A DNA stretch of 60,845 nucleotides from contig JACQWV010000010.1 in the NCBI GenBank assembly GCA_016209085.1, positions 1 through 60,845 of the forward strand, written 5' to 3'. Positions 1-8,829 of this stretch are shown one piece after another. The first letter of the stretch is position 1; every line of letters begins with the position of its first letter. Both the position numbers and the translations under genes were made by a program. The DNA is from Elusimicrobiota bacterium. Lineage in GTDB: Bacteria > Elusimicrobiota > Elusimicrobia > Elusimicrobiales > UBA9959. The notes under the pieces were generated by a model. The model saw only the letters and a list, made by a program, of their open reading frames with translations. It did no database searches and was not told the DNA's origin.

Positions 1-1
1 A

Positions 2-1633
2 CTAGTTCCTGTCCCGTCCCCTCAGAAAAAGGATGAGCTTTCCGATAGTGTACGTCTCCTGTCCCGGGGGCGATAGAGCGAGCAGTTCCCTGACTGCGTG
101 GAAATCCTCTCCGAGCGTGACAATGGGCGGTTCCACATATCCGCCTGCGCGTATCTGGGCAAAACCGGCAGTGGCAAGCAGGCCGTTGCACAGACATACT
201 CGGCCAGCTGTATTCTGCAGCCTGCCGCCCTTTGACGTAAAATCTTCAACCGGCTCGGCCGGGCACCGGTAGCCTAAATCTCCTTCAGGAGTGACATAGT
301 TGGCCTGCAGTAGCCGGATGTCGCAGACGCGTTTTCGGCCCTGATAGACCGCCTTATCGGAAATCGTTCCCGGGATTTGAGCCACCTTAAACGGAAATCC
401 GGTCGGCGATATCATTGTATCCGTTACTACAAGTTCGTTGCGCGCTGCCATCCGCAAGGCCTGAGCCCTGAGATTAGGGGCCATTCCGGATTGCCCGGAA
501 AGCGCTGCTGCCGTGCCTATTTGTATGCCGGCGGCGCCTTTGTCCAGAGCCTCTCTAAGAAATTCAGGACTGGCATAAGAGCCGGCCAGCCAAAACGGCA
601 GACCGAGTTTGTAGATGGCGCCGATGTCGGCGCGGTCGTGCTCTGTATACTTGAGAACCTGCTGGCCCTGGTCGTTAAAATGCATCTTCGCCGGTGGAGC
701 GTTATGCCCGCCCGCTTCCGGTCCCTCTACCACAAAACCGTACGGCCGGGTCGCTGGGTTGGAGGCTAATGCCCGGGCTAAAGCGAAAGATGACACGATG
801 GCCAGAAATCTCGGCCGCTTCAACTCGCCTGACTGGGGGCCGACTAAAGTATCCGGTCTGATTAAGACGAAAAACTCTCCCGATCCCGAGCGGGTCCCGT
901 GGACTTTCAGAGGCAATGACGCCGGCTCGTGGCAAGACAACCGAGCTATCATCCCGGGAAGTTCAGGCGGACTACCGGCCCCGACCACCACGTAATCCAC
1001 GCCGGCCAACATGGCGCCATAGAGCGCCCAGGGCAATGGCCTCTCTAATTTGCGCAAAAAATTAATCCCGACTAAGCCGTTGTGTCCCTCCTTGGCCAGC
1101 CAAACCTCGGCGAAGTTAGCAGCTATAGTCAGCGCCTGCGTATCTCGCTCCCACTCCCAAAACGAGGACAGTCCGGTCGTCGGCATAGCCTCCGACACCT
1201 GGGGTGGCAGAGCCGCTGTTCCGTCAGAAAAATCTTTAATGCGGTTCAGTTTCCATGTGGGCACCGGTTTGTAGGGCTTGTCGGCCGGCTTGCCGCCTTC
1301 AATGTAGTAATTGTCTATCAGCCGCTTGAGGGGTTCGGCCAGCGTTGACTGGCGTTTAGATAACTCGGCAAACGCTCTCCGTGTGTGCCCGCCCGGGTCG
1401 CCGAGCTGCAATATGCGGGCATGAACGATATCAAGCGCTGTGCCTGATACGACGCCCAGCCCGTCCATTAAGGCAACTATCCTGGCCATTTGCCAGCAGG
1501 AAACATGTACGCCCATGCCGCCGGAGATAATCACCGGGTCAGGACGATTAGCCGTCGGCATAGCCTCCGGCACCTGTGGCCCCTGAGGGGCTGTTCCGTT
1601 CAGCGCTTTTTTGTCTGATTCAAAAGGCGACAT
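2..1633 (-). CDS. NMO-family FMN oxidoreductase (nitronate monooxygenase / 2-nitropropane dioxygenase-like)
   Basis: 543-aa complete ORF. IISGGMGVHVS and VVEGPEAGGH motifs are typical of NMO/FabK-type TIM-barrel flavoenzymes. It contains two in-frame copies of a short repeat. Confidence 0.75.
   Translation of the reverse strand: MSPFESDKKALNGTAPQGPQVPEAMPTANRPDPVIISGGMGVHVSCWQMARIVALMDGLGVVSGTALDIVHARILQLGDPGGHTRRAFAELSKRQSTLAEPLKRLIDNYYIEGGKPADKPYKPVPTWKLNRIKDFSDGTAALPPQVSEAMPTTGLSSFWEWERDTQALTIAANFAEVWLAKEGHNGLVGINFLRKLERPLPWALYGAMLAGVDYVVVGAGSPPELPGMIARLSCHEPASLPLKVHGTRSGSGEFFVLIRPDTLVGPQSGELKRPRFLAIVSSFALARALASNPATRPYGFVVEGPEAGGHNAPPAKMHFNDQGQQVLKYTEHDRADIGAIYKLGLPFWLAGSYASPEFLREALDKGAAGIQIGTAAALSGQSGMAPNLRAQALRMAARNELVVTDTMISPTGFPFKVAQIPGTISDKAVYQGRKRVCDIRLLQANYVTPEGDLGYRCPAEPVEDFTSKGGRLQNTAGRVCLCNGLLATAGFAQIRAGGYVEPPIVTLGEDFHAVRELLALSPPGQETYTIGKLILFLRGRDRN
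1174..1227. repeat. In-frame short repeat, family 'GTCGGCATAGCCTCCGACACCTG', copy 1 (inside the NMO-like CDS)
   Basis: Near-identical to 1561-1613 and 3447-3552. It contains the GTCGG...CCGAC mini-hairpin and is translated as [17 protein letters not shown]. Confidence 0.8.
1561..1613. repeat. In-frame short repeat, same family, copy 2 (inside the NMO-like CDS)
   Basis: gccgtcggcatagcctccggcacctgtgg...ctgttccgttcag, translated as GTAPQGPQVPEAMPTAN. Confidence 0.8.
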
Positions 1634-1810
1634 TTAATTCCTTGCGTTCCCTTACCCGACAGAAACAATAAATTAGTATCAATGGAAAAATAGAAAAAGA
1701 AAATCAGGAAAGAATCTGCTCTATGGCAGTTATAATAGATGACATATATTATATTTTATTAAAAAACTCCCCAGTAAATCCACTAAAAGTCCGTTTTCTA
1801 CTTTATTTTA

Positions 1811-1935
1811 CCCCGTTAGAGACAGGTCGTGCTTGCACGACCGTGCTTTGTTTCAGAGCTTTTGTCTGAACTTTCATAATTTAAACGTTTTCAGCATTTG
1901 TAATCGACGCTTTCACCAGTGTGTCTCTAACGGGG
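1811..1935. mobile_element. MITE-like element, family 1 (terminal inverted repeat CCCCGTTAGAGAYA), intergenic copy
   Basis: 125 nt. It has 14-nt terminal inverted repeats (ccccgttagagaca / tgtctctaacgggg) and an internal perfect hairpin ggtcgtgc-tt-gcacgacc. It is about 80% identical and colinear with 29187-29311, and is flanked by ttta / tttac. Confidence 0.8.
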
Positions 1936-1936
1936 T

Positions 1937-2191
1937 TTACGGCACAACCTTGAAAACCTTATCGCCTGGGTGAACCTTGCCCGGGACTTTCATGCCAGCT
2001 ATTTGCCCTTTAACGGCTTCTGTCACATTTTTGTGGTCCACCTGCATGGACTCCACAGGCATCGTGATGTCCGTGACGTTCCCCTTGATATGAACGGTGT
2101 CGCCGACCTTCAGCGTCTCTGCCACTTCCACCAAGCCGACTCCCACGCGTCCGAAATAATGCGTTATTTTTCCCGCTTCTATTTCCGGCAT
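1937..2191 (-). CDS. Small translation-elongation-factor-domain-II-like protein
   Basis: 84 aa. KITHYFGRVGVGLVEV...VGDTVHIKG...ESMQVDHKNV matches the small EF-Tu-domain-2-like beta-barrel proteins. Confidence 0.6.
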   Translation of the reverse strand: MPEIEAGKITHYFGRVGVGLVEVAETLKVGDTVHIKGNVTDITMPVESMQVDHKNVTEAVKGQIAGMKVPGKVHPGDKVFKVVP

Positions 2192-2366
2192 ATGTTCTCC
2201 TGTATTTCTAGAATTACCGCTTCCGAATCCGCGGCATCTTTAAAGAATATTGTATTATATTTTTAATTTAATCATAAAAAGGACACAGGAAGCGCCCGAG
2301 TCCTGCCCGCTTTGCGCTCATCCCAGGGAGTATTTTAAGCCATTGACAGAAAACTGACCAGATGTA

Positions 2367-4304
2367 TTACTTGCCGCTTCTTTTGCGGAGGGAATGGTCC
2401 AGAACTTTTTTACGCAGACGCAGGGATTTCGGCGTTGCCTCTACGAATTCATCCTCTTCAACGTATTCTATGGCCTGTTCCAGGCTGAACCGCCTCGGCG
2501 GCGTGAGGATGATGGACTCGTCGCAGGCGCTGGAGCGCATATTGGTCTGCTTTTTTTCCTTGCAGGGATTAACCACCAGGTCGTTGCCGCGGCAGTTCTC
2601 GCCGACTATCTGCCCGGCGTAAACTTTTTCGCCGGGTCCCACAAACATAGTTCCATGTTCCTGCAGGCTGTTAAGCGCGTAGGCCGCAGACTGCCCCGGC
2701 TCCTTGGCTATGAAAGCCCCGTTGCGTTTGGGCGGGGTGAACTTCCCCTCCGGCAGGTATCCGCCGAAACTGTAATTCATCAGGCCATTACCCTTTGTGA
2801 AAGCCATGAACTCGGATTTAAAGCCTATAAGCGCCCTGGCGGATATTACATATTCAAACCTGACTCTCTTGTCCTCTGACAGCCGCATATCCCTCATCTG
2901 CGCGCCGCGGCGCCCCAGAACCTCCATAACCGCGCCCTGGTATTCTGCCGGGGCATCCAGGACAAGGTGTTCCACCGGCTCCATGATAATGCCGTTCTCC
3001 GCGCGTGTTATCACGGTCATCTTGGAAACGCACAGTTCAAAGCCTTCGCGCCTCATAATTTCTATCAGTATTGCCAGATGCAGTTCCCCGCGGCCTGAGA
3101 CCTTGAACCCGCCCTTGCCCGCTATTTCCTCCACTTTAAGGCCCACATTGGACTCTGCTTCTAAAAGGAGACGGTCTCTGAGCTGCGCGGCAGTGACGAA
3201 CTTTCCGTCTCGGCCCGCGAACGGGCTGTCGCTTGCGTAAAATTCCATGGAAACAGTGGGTTTTTCTATCTCAAGCGTGTCCAAGAAAGCCGGCTCCTCG
3301 GAAGGCGAAAGCGTGTCCCCGGCTTCCACGCCTTCAAGCCCGGAAACCGCCACAATGTCGCCTGAGCGGGCTTTTTCAAGCTGGACCCGTTCAAGCCCCT
3401 TAAAACCCATGACCTGCATGACCTTGCGCGTGACCGGCGCCCGCTCCCGGTCGTCGGCATAGCCTCCGACACCTGTGGGTCGGGTGGCATAGCGCCCGAC
3501 ACTTGATGAGCCAGAGGCTCGTTGTTCCGCCGCAGTGCGGCTGTTCCGAGAGCCCATGGCAACCATCTGACCTGGAACTATCTTTCCCTGGAATATGCGC
3601 CCTATGCCGATGCGTCCGGTGTAAGAGCTGTAATCCAGCATGGTAATAAGCATGCGCAGCGGCTCTGCGTCCTTTTCAAACGGTCCGGGCACATGTTTTA
3701 TTATGGCGTCAAACAGCGGTTTAAGATCAGTCCCTTTCTTCGCCGTGTCCGTGGTAGCCCAGCCTTCCCTGCCGCACGCATAGATGACCGGAAAATCCAG
3801 CTGTTTGTCGTCCGCTCCAAGTTCCATGCACAGGTGAAAAACCTTATCAAGCGCGGCGTGCGGATCACAGTTCCGGCGGTCTATTTTGTTTATCACAACT
3901 ATGGGTTTGAGGCCAAGAGCCAGAGACTTTTTCAGCACAAAGCGGGTCTGCGGCATGGGCCCGTCCATCGCGTCCACCAGCAGCAATACGCCGTCAACCA
4001 TTCTCAGCACGCGCTCAACCTCGCTGCCGAAATCCGCGTGGCCGGGCGTGTCCACTATGTGTATGACTGTTCCGCCGTATTTCACGGAGGTGTTTTTTGA
4101 AAGTATGGTTATGCCGCGTTCGCGTTCCAGGTCAATGGAATCCATGATGCACTCACGCCCGGCGTCGTCCTTTGCCGAGATAGAGCCGGTCTGCCTCAGC
4201 ATGGCGTCCACCAGCGTAGTCTTGCCGTGGTCCACATGGGCTATGATAGCTATATTGCGCAGGTCGTCTCTTCTATTATTGCTGTTGTTTGGCGCGGCAG
4301 CCAT
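2367..4304 (-). CDS. typA: Translational GTPase TypA/BipA
   Basis: 645 aa. G1 motif [12 protein letters not shown] and DTPGHADF are present, with trGTPase architecture throughout. An extra segment of about 35 aa in domain II is encoded by the repeat at 3447-3552. Confidence 0.95.
   Translation of the reverse strand: MAAAPNNSNNRRDDLRNIAIIAHVDHGKTTLVDAMLRQTGSISAKDDAGRECIMDSIDLERERGITILSKNTSVKYGGTVIHIVDTPGHADFGSEVERVLRMVDGVLLLVDAMDGPMPQTRFVLKKSLALGLKPIVVINKIDRRNCDPHAALDKVFHLCMELGADDKQLDFPVIYACGREGWATTDTAKKGTDLKPLFDAIIKHVPGPFEKDAEPLRMLITMLDYSSYTGRIGIGRIFQGKIVPGQMVAMGSRNSRTAAEQRASGSSSVGRYATRPTGVGGYADDRERAPVTRKVMQVMGFKGLERVQLEKARSGDIVAVSGLEGVEAGDTLSPSEEPAFLDTLEIEKPTVSMEFYASDSPFAGRDGKFVTAAQLRDRLLLEAESNVGLKVEEIAGKGGFKVSGRGELHLAILIEIMRREGFELCVSKMTVITRAENGIIMEPVEHLVLDAPAEYQGAVMEVLGRRGAQMRDMRLSEDKRVRFEYVISARALIGFKSEFMAFTKGNGLMNYSFGGYLPEGKFTPPKRNGAFIAKEPGQSAAYALNSLQEHGTMFVGPGEKVYAGQIVGENCRGNDLVVNPCKEKKQTNMRSSACDESIILTPPRRFSLEQAIEYVEEDEFVEATPKSLRLRKKVLDHSLRKRSGK
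3447..3552. repeat. In-frame short repeat, same family as 1174/1561; composite (internally duplicated) copy inside typA
   Basis: cggtcgtcggcatagcctccgacacctgtgg is followed by the degenerate second unit ggcatagcgcccgacacttg and by ...gctgttccg. typA reads it in a different frame (..TGVGGYADD..) from the frame used in the NMO gene (..QVSEAMPTT..). Confidence 0.8.
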
Positions 4305-4330
4305 AATTTTAAGAACTATTTTATCTATAC

Positions 4331-4416
4331 AAACGGATTTACACTCCCTCGTCCCACGAGCTTTTGAGTTCCCCGATTTCGTTCTGGACAGATTCCAGAA
4401 TTTGGCAGTTTTTGAC
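4331..4416. repeat. Degenerate duplicate of the hutH 3' end plus about 18 nt downstream (left direct repeat of a cassette)
   Basis: aacggattt...ccacgagcttttgagttccccgatttcgttctggacagattccagaatttggcagtttttgac aligns with 5469-5552 at roughly 85% identity by eye. Confidence 0.8.
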
Positions 4417-4530
4417 TCTGCCCCCTTTTTCTTATGGGTAAACCAAATTTTACCCCACCACTGAAACTGGAATATCGTCTTTTAAGAATAACTCAAGTTT
4501 CGTTTCGCCGCAAGCGTTGGTGTAATGTGT

Positions 4531-5331
4531 TCAAGCATGGCCAAAGCGGGCATGTCTTAAACTTTCAAGTTCTTTTAAAAGCGGCTGCCAGTAATGTTTG
4601 TCTTTTTTCCTTTCTATAAGTTCTTCTTTAAGAATCAATTTTTCAAGATTGTTCAGATTGTTTTTGAGAACAGACTTTAATAATGGCCGCGTTTTTACGC
4701 ATTCTACGGCAAATTTTCTATATTTTCTTGATAAGTCAATTAATGTTTGAGCAGTTCTGCATTCACAGAGCCACCATTTTATTTTATTAACATTTGGTCT
4801 GGCTGTAAGCAATATGTCATTTTCAATAAGTTTTTTTATCATTAACCAGTCTTTATCTCTTTGTGTTTTTTTGCTTTGAACGAGGTCTTCGACAGAAATA
4901 ACGTTCACAACCAGATCATTTCGGAGTTTAAGAACGAATTTTCTTTCCCATAGTTTCAAAAATTCGTCACAGCCTCGCATTTTTACCATAACATCTATGC
5001 GCAATCCTTCAATTCCTTTTGCAAAACAGCGGAAATGGCAGGCGTGACCTCTTTCAAGGTATTCTTTTTTTAGAGGCGGGAGATAAATGTTTTTTGCTTT
5101 AAGAAGTTTTAGAGCTTTTTTAAGACGGAATAAATTTTCTTTTTCACAAAGTATGACAAAATCAGAATCCCTGCTAAATTCTGCGGCGCCGTAAATTATG
5201 CAGGCTTGTCCGCCTATTAAAAGGTTTTTTACCCCGCATTTCTGGAAAATTGAAAGGACTTTGAGGATCGGGTTCCGGGTCAAGGCTGCCTCCAAAAGAC
5301 AGATATATTTGCCATAGTTTGGCTGATTCAA
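4531..5331 (-). CDS. Nucleotidyltransferase-fold protein (pol-beta superfamily; AbiEii/DUF6036-like)
   Basis: 266 aa. LLIGGQACIIYGAAEFSRDSDFVI fits the hG[GS]-x9-13-[DE]h[DE]h nucleotidyltransferase signature. Confidence 0.55.
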   Translation of the reverse strand: MNQPNYGKYICLLEAALTRNPILKVLSIFQKCGVKNLLIGGQACIIYGAAEFSRDSDFVILCEKENLFRLKKALKLLKAKNIYLPPLKKEYLERGHACHFRCFAKGIEGLRIDVMVKMRGCDEFLKLWERKFVLKLRNDLVVNVISVEDLVQSKKTQRDKDWLMIKKLIENDILLTARPNVNKIKWWLCECRTAQTLIDLSRKYRKFAVECVKTRPLLKSVLKNNLNNLEKLILKEELIERKKDKHYWQPLLKELESLRHARFGHA

Positions 5332-5392
5332 GCATTCTCTGTGCTGGCGTCAAATTGAGCCATTCTGTTTCCTCATTGACATATTTCCTCAT
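5174..5392 (-). CDS. Small hypothetical protein upstream of the nucleotidyltransferase gene, overlapping it
   Basis: 72-aa ORF. The N-terminal ~47 aa look protein-like (..LTPAQRMLESAKLWQIYLSFGGSLDPEPDPQSPF). The basic tail overlaps the nucleotidyltransferase N-terminus out of frame by 158 nt. Confidence 0.35.
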   Translation of the reverse strand: MRKYVNEETEWLNLTPAQRMLESAKLWQIYLSFGGSLDPEPDPQSPFNFPEMRGKKPFNRRTSLHNLRRRRI

Positions 5393-5468
5393 ATTTCAAA
5401 TTATACAAATTTACTTCGCTGCCCGAACAGGCGTCCGCAGTTCTGCGGGACGTTCGGGTAGTAGGGTT

Positions 5469-5552
5469 AACGGATTTGCTGTCCCCCTACCACGAGCTTT
5501 TGAGTTCTCCGATTTCGTTCCGGACAGCGTCCAGAATCTCGCAGTTTTTGAC
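5469..5552. repeat. Right direct repeat of the cassette (functional 3' end of hutH)
   Basis: Partner of 4331-4416. Confidence 0.8.
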
Positions 5553-7025
5553 CGCTTGTTTCATTGCATTGTGATCCGGAAACAAGGGTCTGTCTTCTTC
5601 CAAGTGTTTTACTGTTTTGCGGACAGCCGCGTGAGCCGCTTGCGTCCCTTTGCCATAAGTAAATTTTCTAAAATCCAGAGCCTGCGCCGCAGCTATAAAC
5701 TCTATTCCAAGCACTCCATAGGCATTGTCAAGAATTTGAGCTGTTTTCAAAGCGGCATTCATTCCCATGCTTACGAAATCCTCCTGGTCTGCCGCAGCCG
5801 GAATGGACTGGATGCAGGAAGGCGCGCTCAAAATCCGCTGTTCCACAATCATCATGTCGGCAGTATACTGGCTCAGCATCAATCCTGAAAACATCCCGGC
5901 TCCTTTGGTCAGAAAAGCAGGCAGACCCACGCTCAGAGCAGGATTTAAAAGGCGGTTCAGCCGGCGCTCGGAGAGAACGCTTACCATGGTCACGCCTGCT
6001 CCTGCCATGTCCAGAGGCATGCTTACAGGCGTGCCCTGGAAATTGGCTCCTGTCAGGACAGTATCGGTTTCCGGCAGGAAAATTGGATTGTCGGCCACTC
6101 CGTTAAGCTCTGTTTCAAACTGTTTGCGGGTATATGCCAGATGGTCCCTGAGAGCGCCTATGACCTGGGGCGTTGAGCGCATGGAATAGGCGTCCTGCAC
6201 CTTGACTTTCAGTTTTCCGGTAACAAGGTCGGAGCCTGCAATCACGGAGCGTATGTTTCCCGCAGATGTCATTGCTCCCCTGAATCCCCGCAGTTCGTGA
6301 AGTTTAGGTTCATAAGGCTTCATGTTGGCCATGAGGGCTTCAAGCGTCATTGCTGCCGCTATCTCGGCCTGCTTTACCCAGCGTTCAATATCATAAAGCT
6401 CAAGGCAGCCCATGCCCGTGATTAAATTGGAGCCGTTTATAGCGGCCAACCCGTCCCTTGCTTTAAGCCCCGGAATCTTAATTCCGGCTTTTTGCATGGC
6501 AATTTTGGACGGCATGCGTTTGCCTTTGTAAAAACATTCTCCCTCGCCCATGAGAGAAAGAGCCATCTGGCTCATGGGAGACAAATCTCCGCACGCGCCC
6601 ACGCTCCCTTTTTGGCAGGCAACCGGCGTGACTCCCTTGTTCAGCATGTCAAGGTAGGCGCGCGTTATTTCAAGCCTGCAGCCCGAATGTCCCTTTGCGT
6701 GCACGTTTATGCGGCTGAGCATTGCCGCCCTGACATGTTCAACCGGACAGGGCTCTCCTATGCCTGCTGCGTGATTATAAATCAGATAGCGCTGAAAATC
6801 CCTGACCTGTTTGTCGTTAAGCACCACTTCCGAGAATTCGCCTATGCCCGTGTTGACGCCGTACATTATTTCCCTGGCTTTTATTTTCTTTTCAAGCATT
6901 TCCCTGCATTTTTTAATGCGTTCAACAGCCTTGTGCGCGAGCTCTATTTTTTTTCCATACAGCGCTACATTAACCACATCTTCAATCGTAAGAGAACTGC
7001 CGTCTATTTTAATTGACATAATCAT
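5487..7025 (-). CDS. hutH: Histidine / aromatic amino acid ammonia-lyase (MIO-dependent family)
   Basis: 512 aa. YGVNTGIGEF and GSVGACGDLSPMS (MIO-forming tripeptide region) are present, and the length is typical of HAL. Confidence 0.85.
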   Translation of the reverse strand: MIMSIKIDGSSLTIEDVVNVALYGKKIELAHKAVERIKKCREMLEKKIKAREIMYGVNTGIGEFSEVVLNDKQVRDFQRYLIYNHAAGIGEPCPVEHVRAAMLSRINVHAKGHSGCRLEITRAYLDMLNKGVTPVACQKGSVGACGDLSPMSQMALSLMGEGECFYKGKRMPSKIAMQKAGIKIPGLKARDGLAAINGSNLITGMGCLELYDIERWVKQAEIAAAMTLEALMANMKPYEPKLHELRGFRGAMTSAGNIRSVIAGSDLVTGKLKVKVQDAYSMRSTPQVIGALRDHLAYTRKQFETELNGVADNPIFLPETDTVLTGANFQGTPVSMPLDMAGAGVTMVSVLSERRLNRLLNPALSVGLPAFLTKGAGMFSGLMLSQYTADMMIVEQRILSAPSCIQSIPAAADQEDFVSMGMNAALKTAQILDNAYGVLGIEFIAAAQALDFRKFTYGKGTQAAHAAVRKTVKHLEEDRPLFPDHNAMKQAVKNCEILDAVRNEIGELKSSW

Positions 7026-7179
7026 CTCCTAACATCAGTGATTAAGTGATTGAGAGATTAAGCGATTAAGTTTTTAAAAGCATTTTCTTAATTCCCGTAT
7101 TCTTTAGGCAGAGCATCACACCATGTCGGTATGACGTGGAGCTCTGTAACTACAAGGCGAATAGCGAAGCTCAGTAAAT

Positions 7180-8829
7180 TTAATGATATTTTATCAAATA
7201 TAATGTTCCGGGTTTTTTTGAAAGGGGCGTTTTGTATTCAATAGACGCTATTGTTTCTTGTTCAGGCGCAGTTCCCTGCTTATTGATTGCAGGGACGGGC
7301 CTGAACGAGACGAATGCTTTGGTTTTAAGCAGTTCCGGCTTCTGCCACTCCCATTCCGATATCATTTTCAGCGGCTTGATTGATTTTAAAAGCTTCATGT
7401 TTTTTTCGTAGTGAAACCAGGCGTTATAGTCAAACCCGGCCGAAACTTCTTCCCGGTTTATGCCGCGTTCAGCTCCCATGCCTGATATTTTCCACTTGAC
7501 TGAATTCCACGCAAAATAGTCTTTTGTCCCGGCCAGCGCAAGCCCGGCCGATAATGCCAGGCCCGCCAGAGCCAAAGCCGTGGAGTAATTCAATCTACGC
7601 GCCAGAAACGCGGTTGATGCGAGAAACCATATAAAAAACGTGATTATGTACCTGTCAAAAAATCTTGCGCCCGCTATTGACAGCATAAAATGAAAAAGGG
7701 CGCAGTAAAGCAGGAAATTTATTGCTTTATCCCGCGCCCTGATTGTGAAAAGCGTTGTTGACAGGAATATGGAGCCGCATAGAGCGCCTAACCCTGTTGC
7801 AATAAACCAGAACCATGTCCGGCTGAATATCCCTGAATTTTTCAAATCCGAGGCTCCGACCGTAATAACACCTAACCCGTGTCTGGTGAAGTTGTTCTCA
7901 AGATACGGAAGATAACCTTTTGAAAAAACATAAACTGCCGTTAAGACCAGAAAGACAATCATTGAAAAACGGGAAACCCTTGCTTTAAATTCATTTTTTC
8001 CGTAAAGCTCCTTAATATAAGGAATAAAGCCCAGCGCGGCCGGGAAAAGAAAAAATCCGGTTTCAATCAGGGAATCGGCAAACCTTTGCATTCCTGAAAC
8101 CAGAAAACCGGCCGGGGACAAAAGGTGTTTTGCCGTCTTTGCCATCAGGTAGCTTTCAACTATCCAGGTCGGGCCGTGAACGTATTTGAACCAGAGCCAG
8201 TGCCCTAAAAACGCCAGCGCAGGAATCAGCCATATCCTGAGGAGATTCCTGAAACTCATTTTTTTCTGCAAAAGCAGGCTTAGAGTGAATGCGGGAGGCA
8301 GAGCCATTCCCAGCTGGCGCGTAAGATATGCGAACGCTGAAAAAAGAGAAGCCAAATAGATAAATTTTTCATTTTCGGTCCTGAGATATTTCACGTAAAA
8401 ATACGCTGAAACAGTCATCCAGAAAAGATACGGGATGTCGTTCATGAAAGAGTGGCTGAGAAGAAAGCACAGGGGATTGAAAGCCAGAACAGCTGCTATG
8501 GCGATTGAGTGTTTTGGCTTTGCGTCCATCTCTTGCAGAATCATCTGAAAAACAAAAAGAAGGCAGGTAAAAAGCAGGATTGTGGAAAGTCTTAATATCC
8601 CGAAATGAAAACCGAAGAGTCCGGCGAATAAACCGCCGAAGAGCACGTGCGTTATCTGGGTTGCCGGCGCCCAGTCGGAAAGTATTATTCTGCCGTCTTC
8701 CATTAAATGCCTGACCGCTATGGAATATGCCCAGTCGTCGTTCAGGGGAAAGTCCATGGAAAAAGTTTTAAGGAAAAGAGAAACAGCCAGATAGGCCAAG
8801 GGGACAATAAATTTGTAATATTTTCCCAT
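7180..8829 (-). CDS. GT-C fold membrane glycosyltransferase (GT39/ArnT-PMT-like)
   Basis: 549 aa and polytopic. The first loop contains NDDWAY, and the overall layout resembles ArnT/PMT-family proteins. Confidence 0.5.
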   Translation of the reverse strand: MGKYYKFIVPLAYLAVSLFLKTFSMDFPLNDDWAYSIAVRHLMEDGRIILSDWAPATQITHVLFGGLFAGLFGFHFGILRLSTILLFTCLLFVFQMILQEMDAKPKHSIAIAAVLAFNPLCFLLSHSFMNDIPYLFWMTVSAYFYVKYLRTENEKFIYLASLFSAFAYLTRQLGMALPPAFTLSLLLQKKMSFRNLLRIWLIPALAFLGHWLWFKYVHGPTWIVESYLMAKTAKHLLSPAGFLVSGMQRFADSLIETGFFLFPAALGFIPYIKELYGKNEFKARVSRFSMIVFLVLTAVYVFSKGYLPYLENNFTRHGLGVITVGASDLKNSGIFSRTWFWFIATGLGALCGSIFLSTTLFTIRARDKAINFLLYCALFHFMLSIAGARFFDRYIITFFIWFLASTAFLARRLNYSTALALAGLALSAGLALAGTKDYFAWNSVKWKISGMGAERGINREEVSAGFDYNAWFHYEKNMKLLKSIKPLKMISEWEWQKPELLKTKAFVSFRPVPAINKQGTAPEQETIASIEYKTPLSKKPGTLYLIKYH

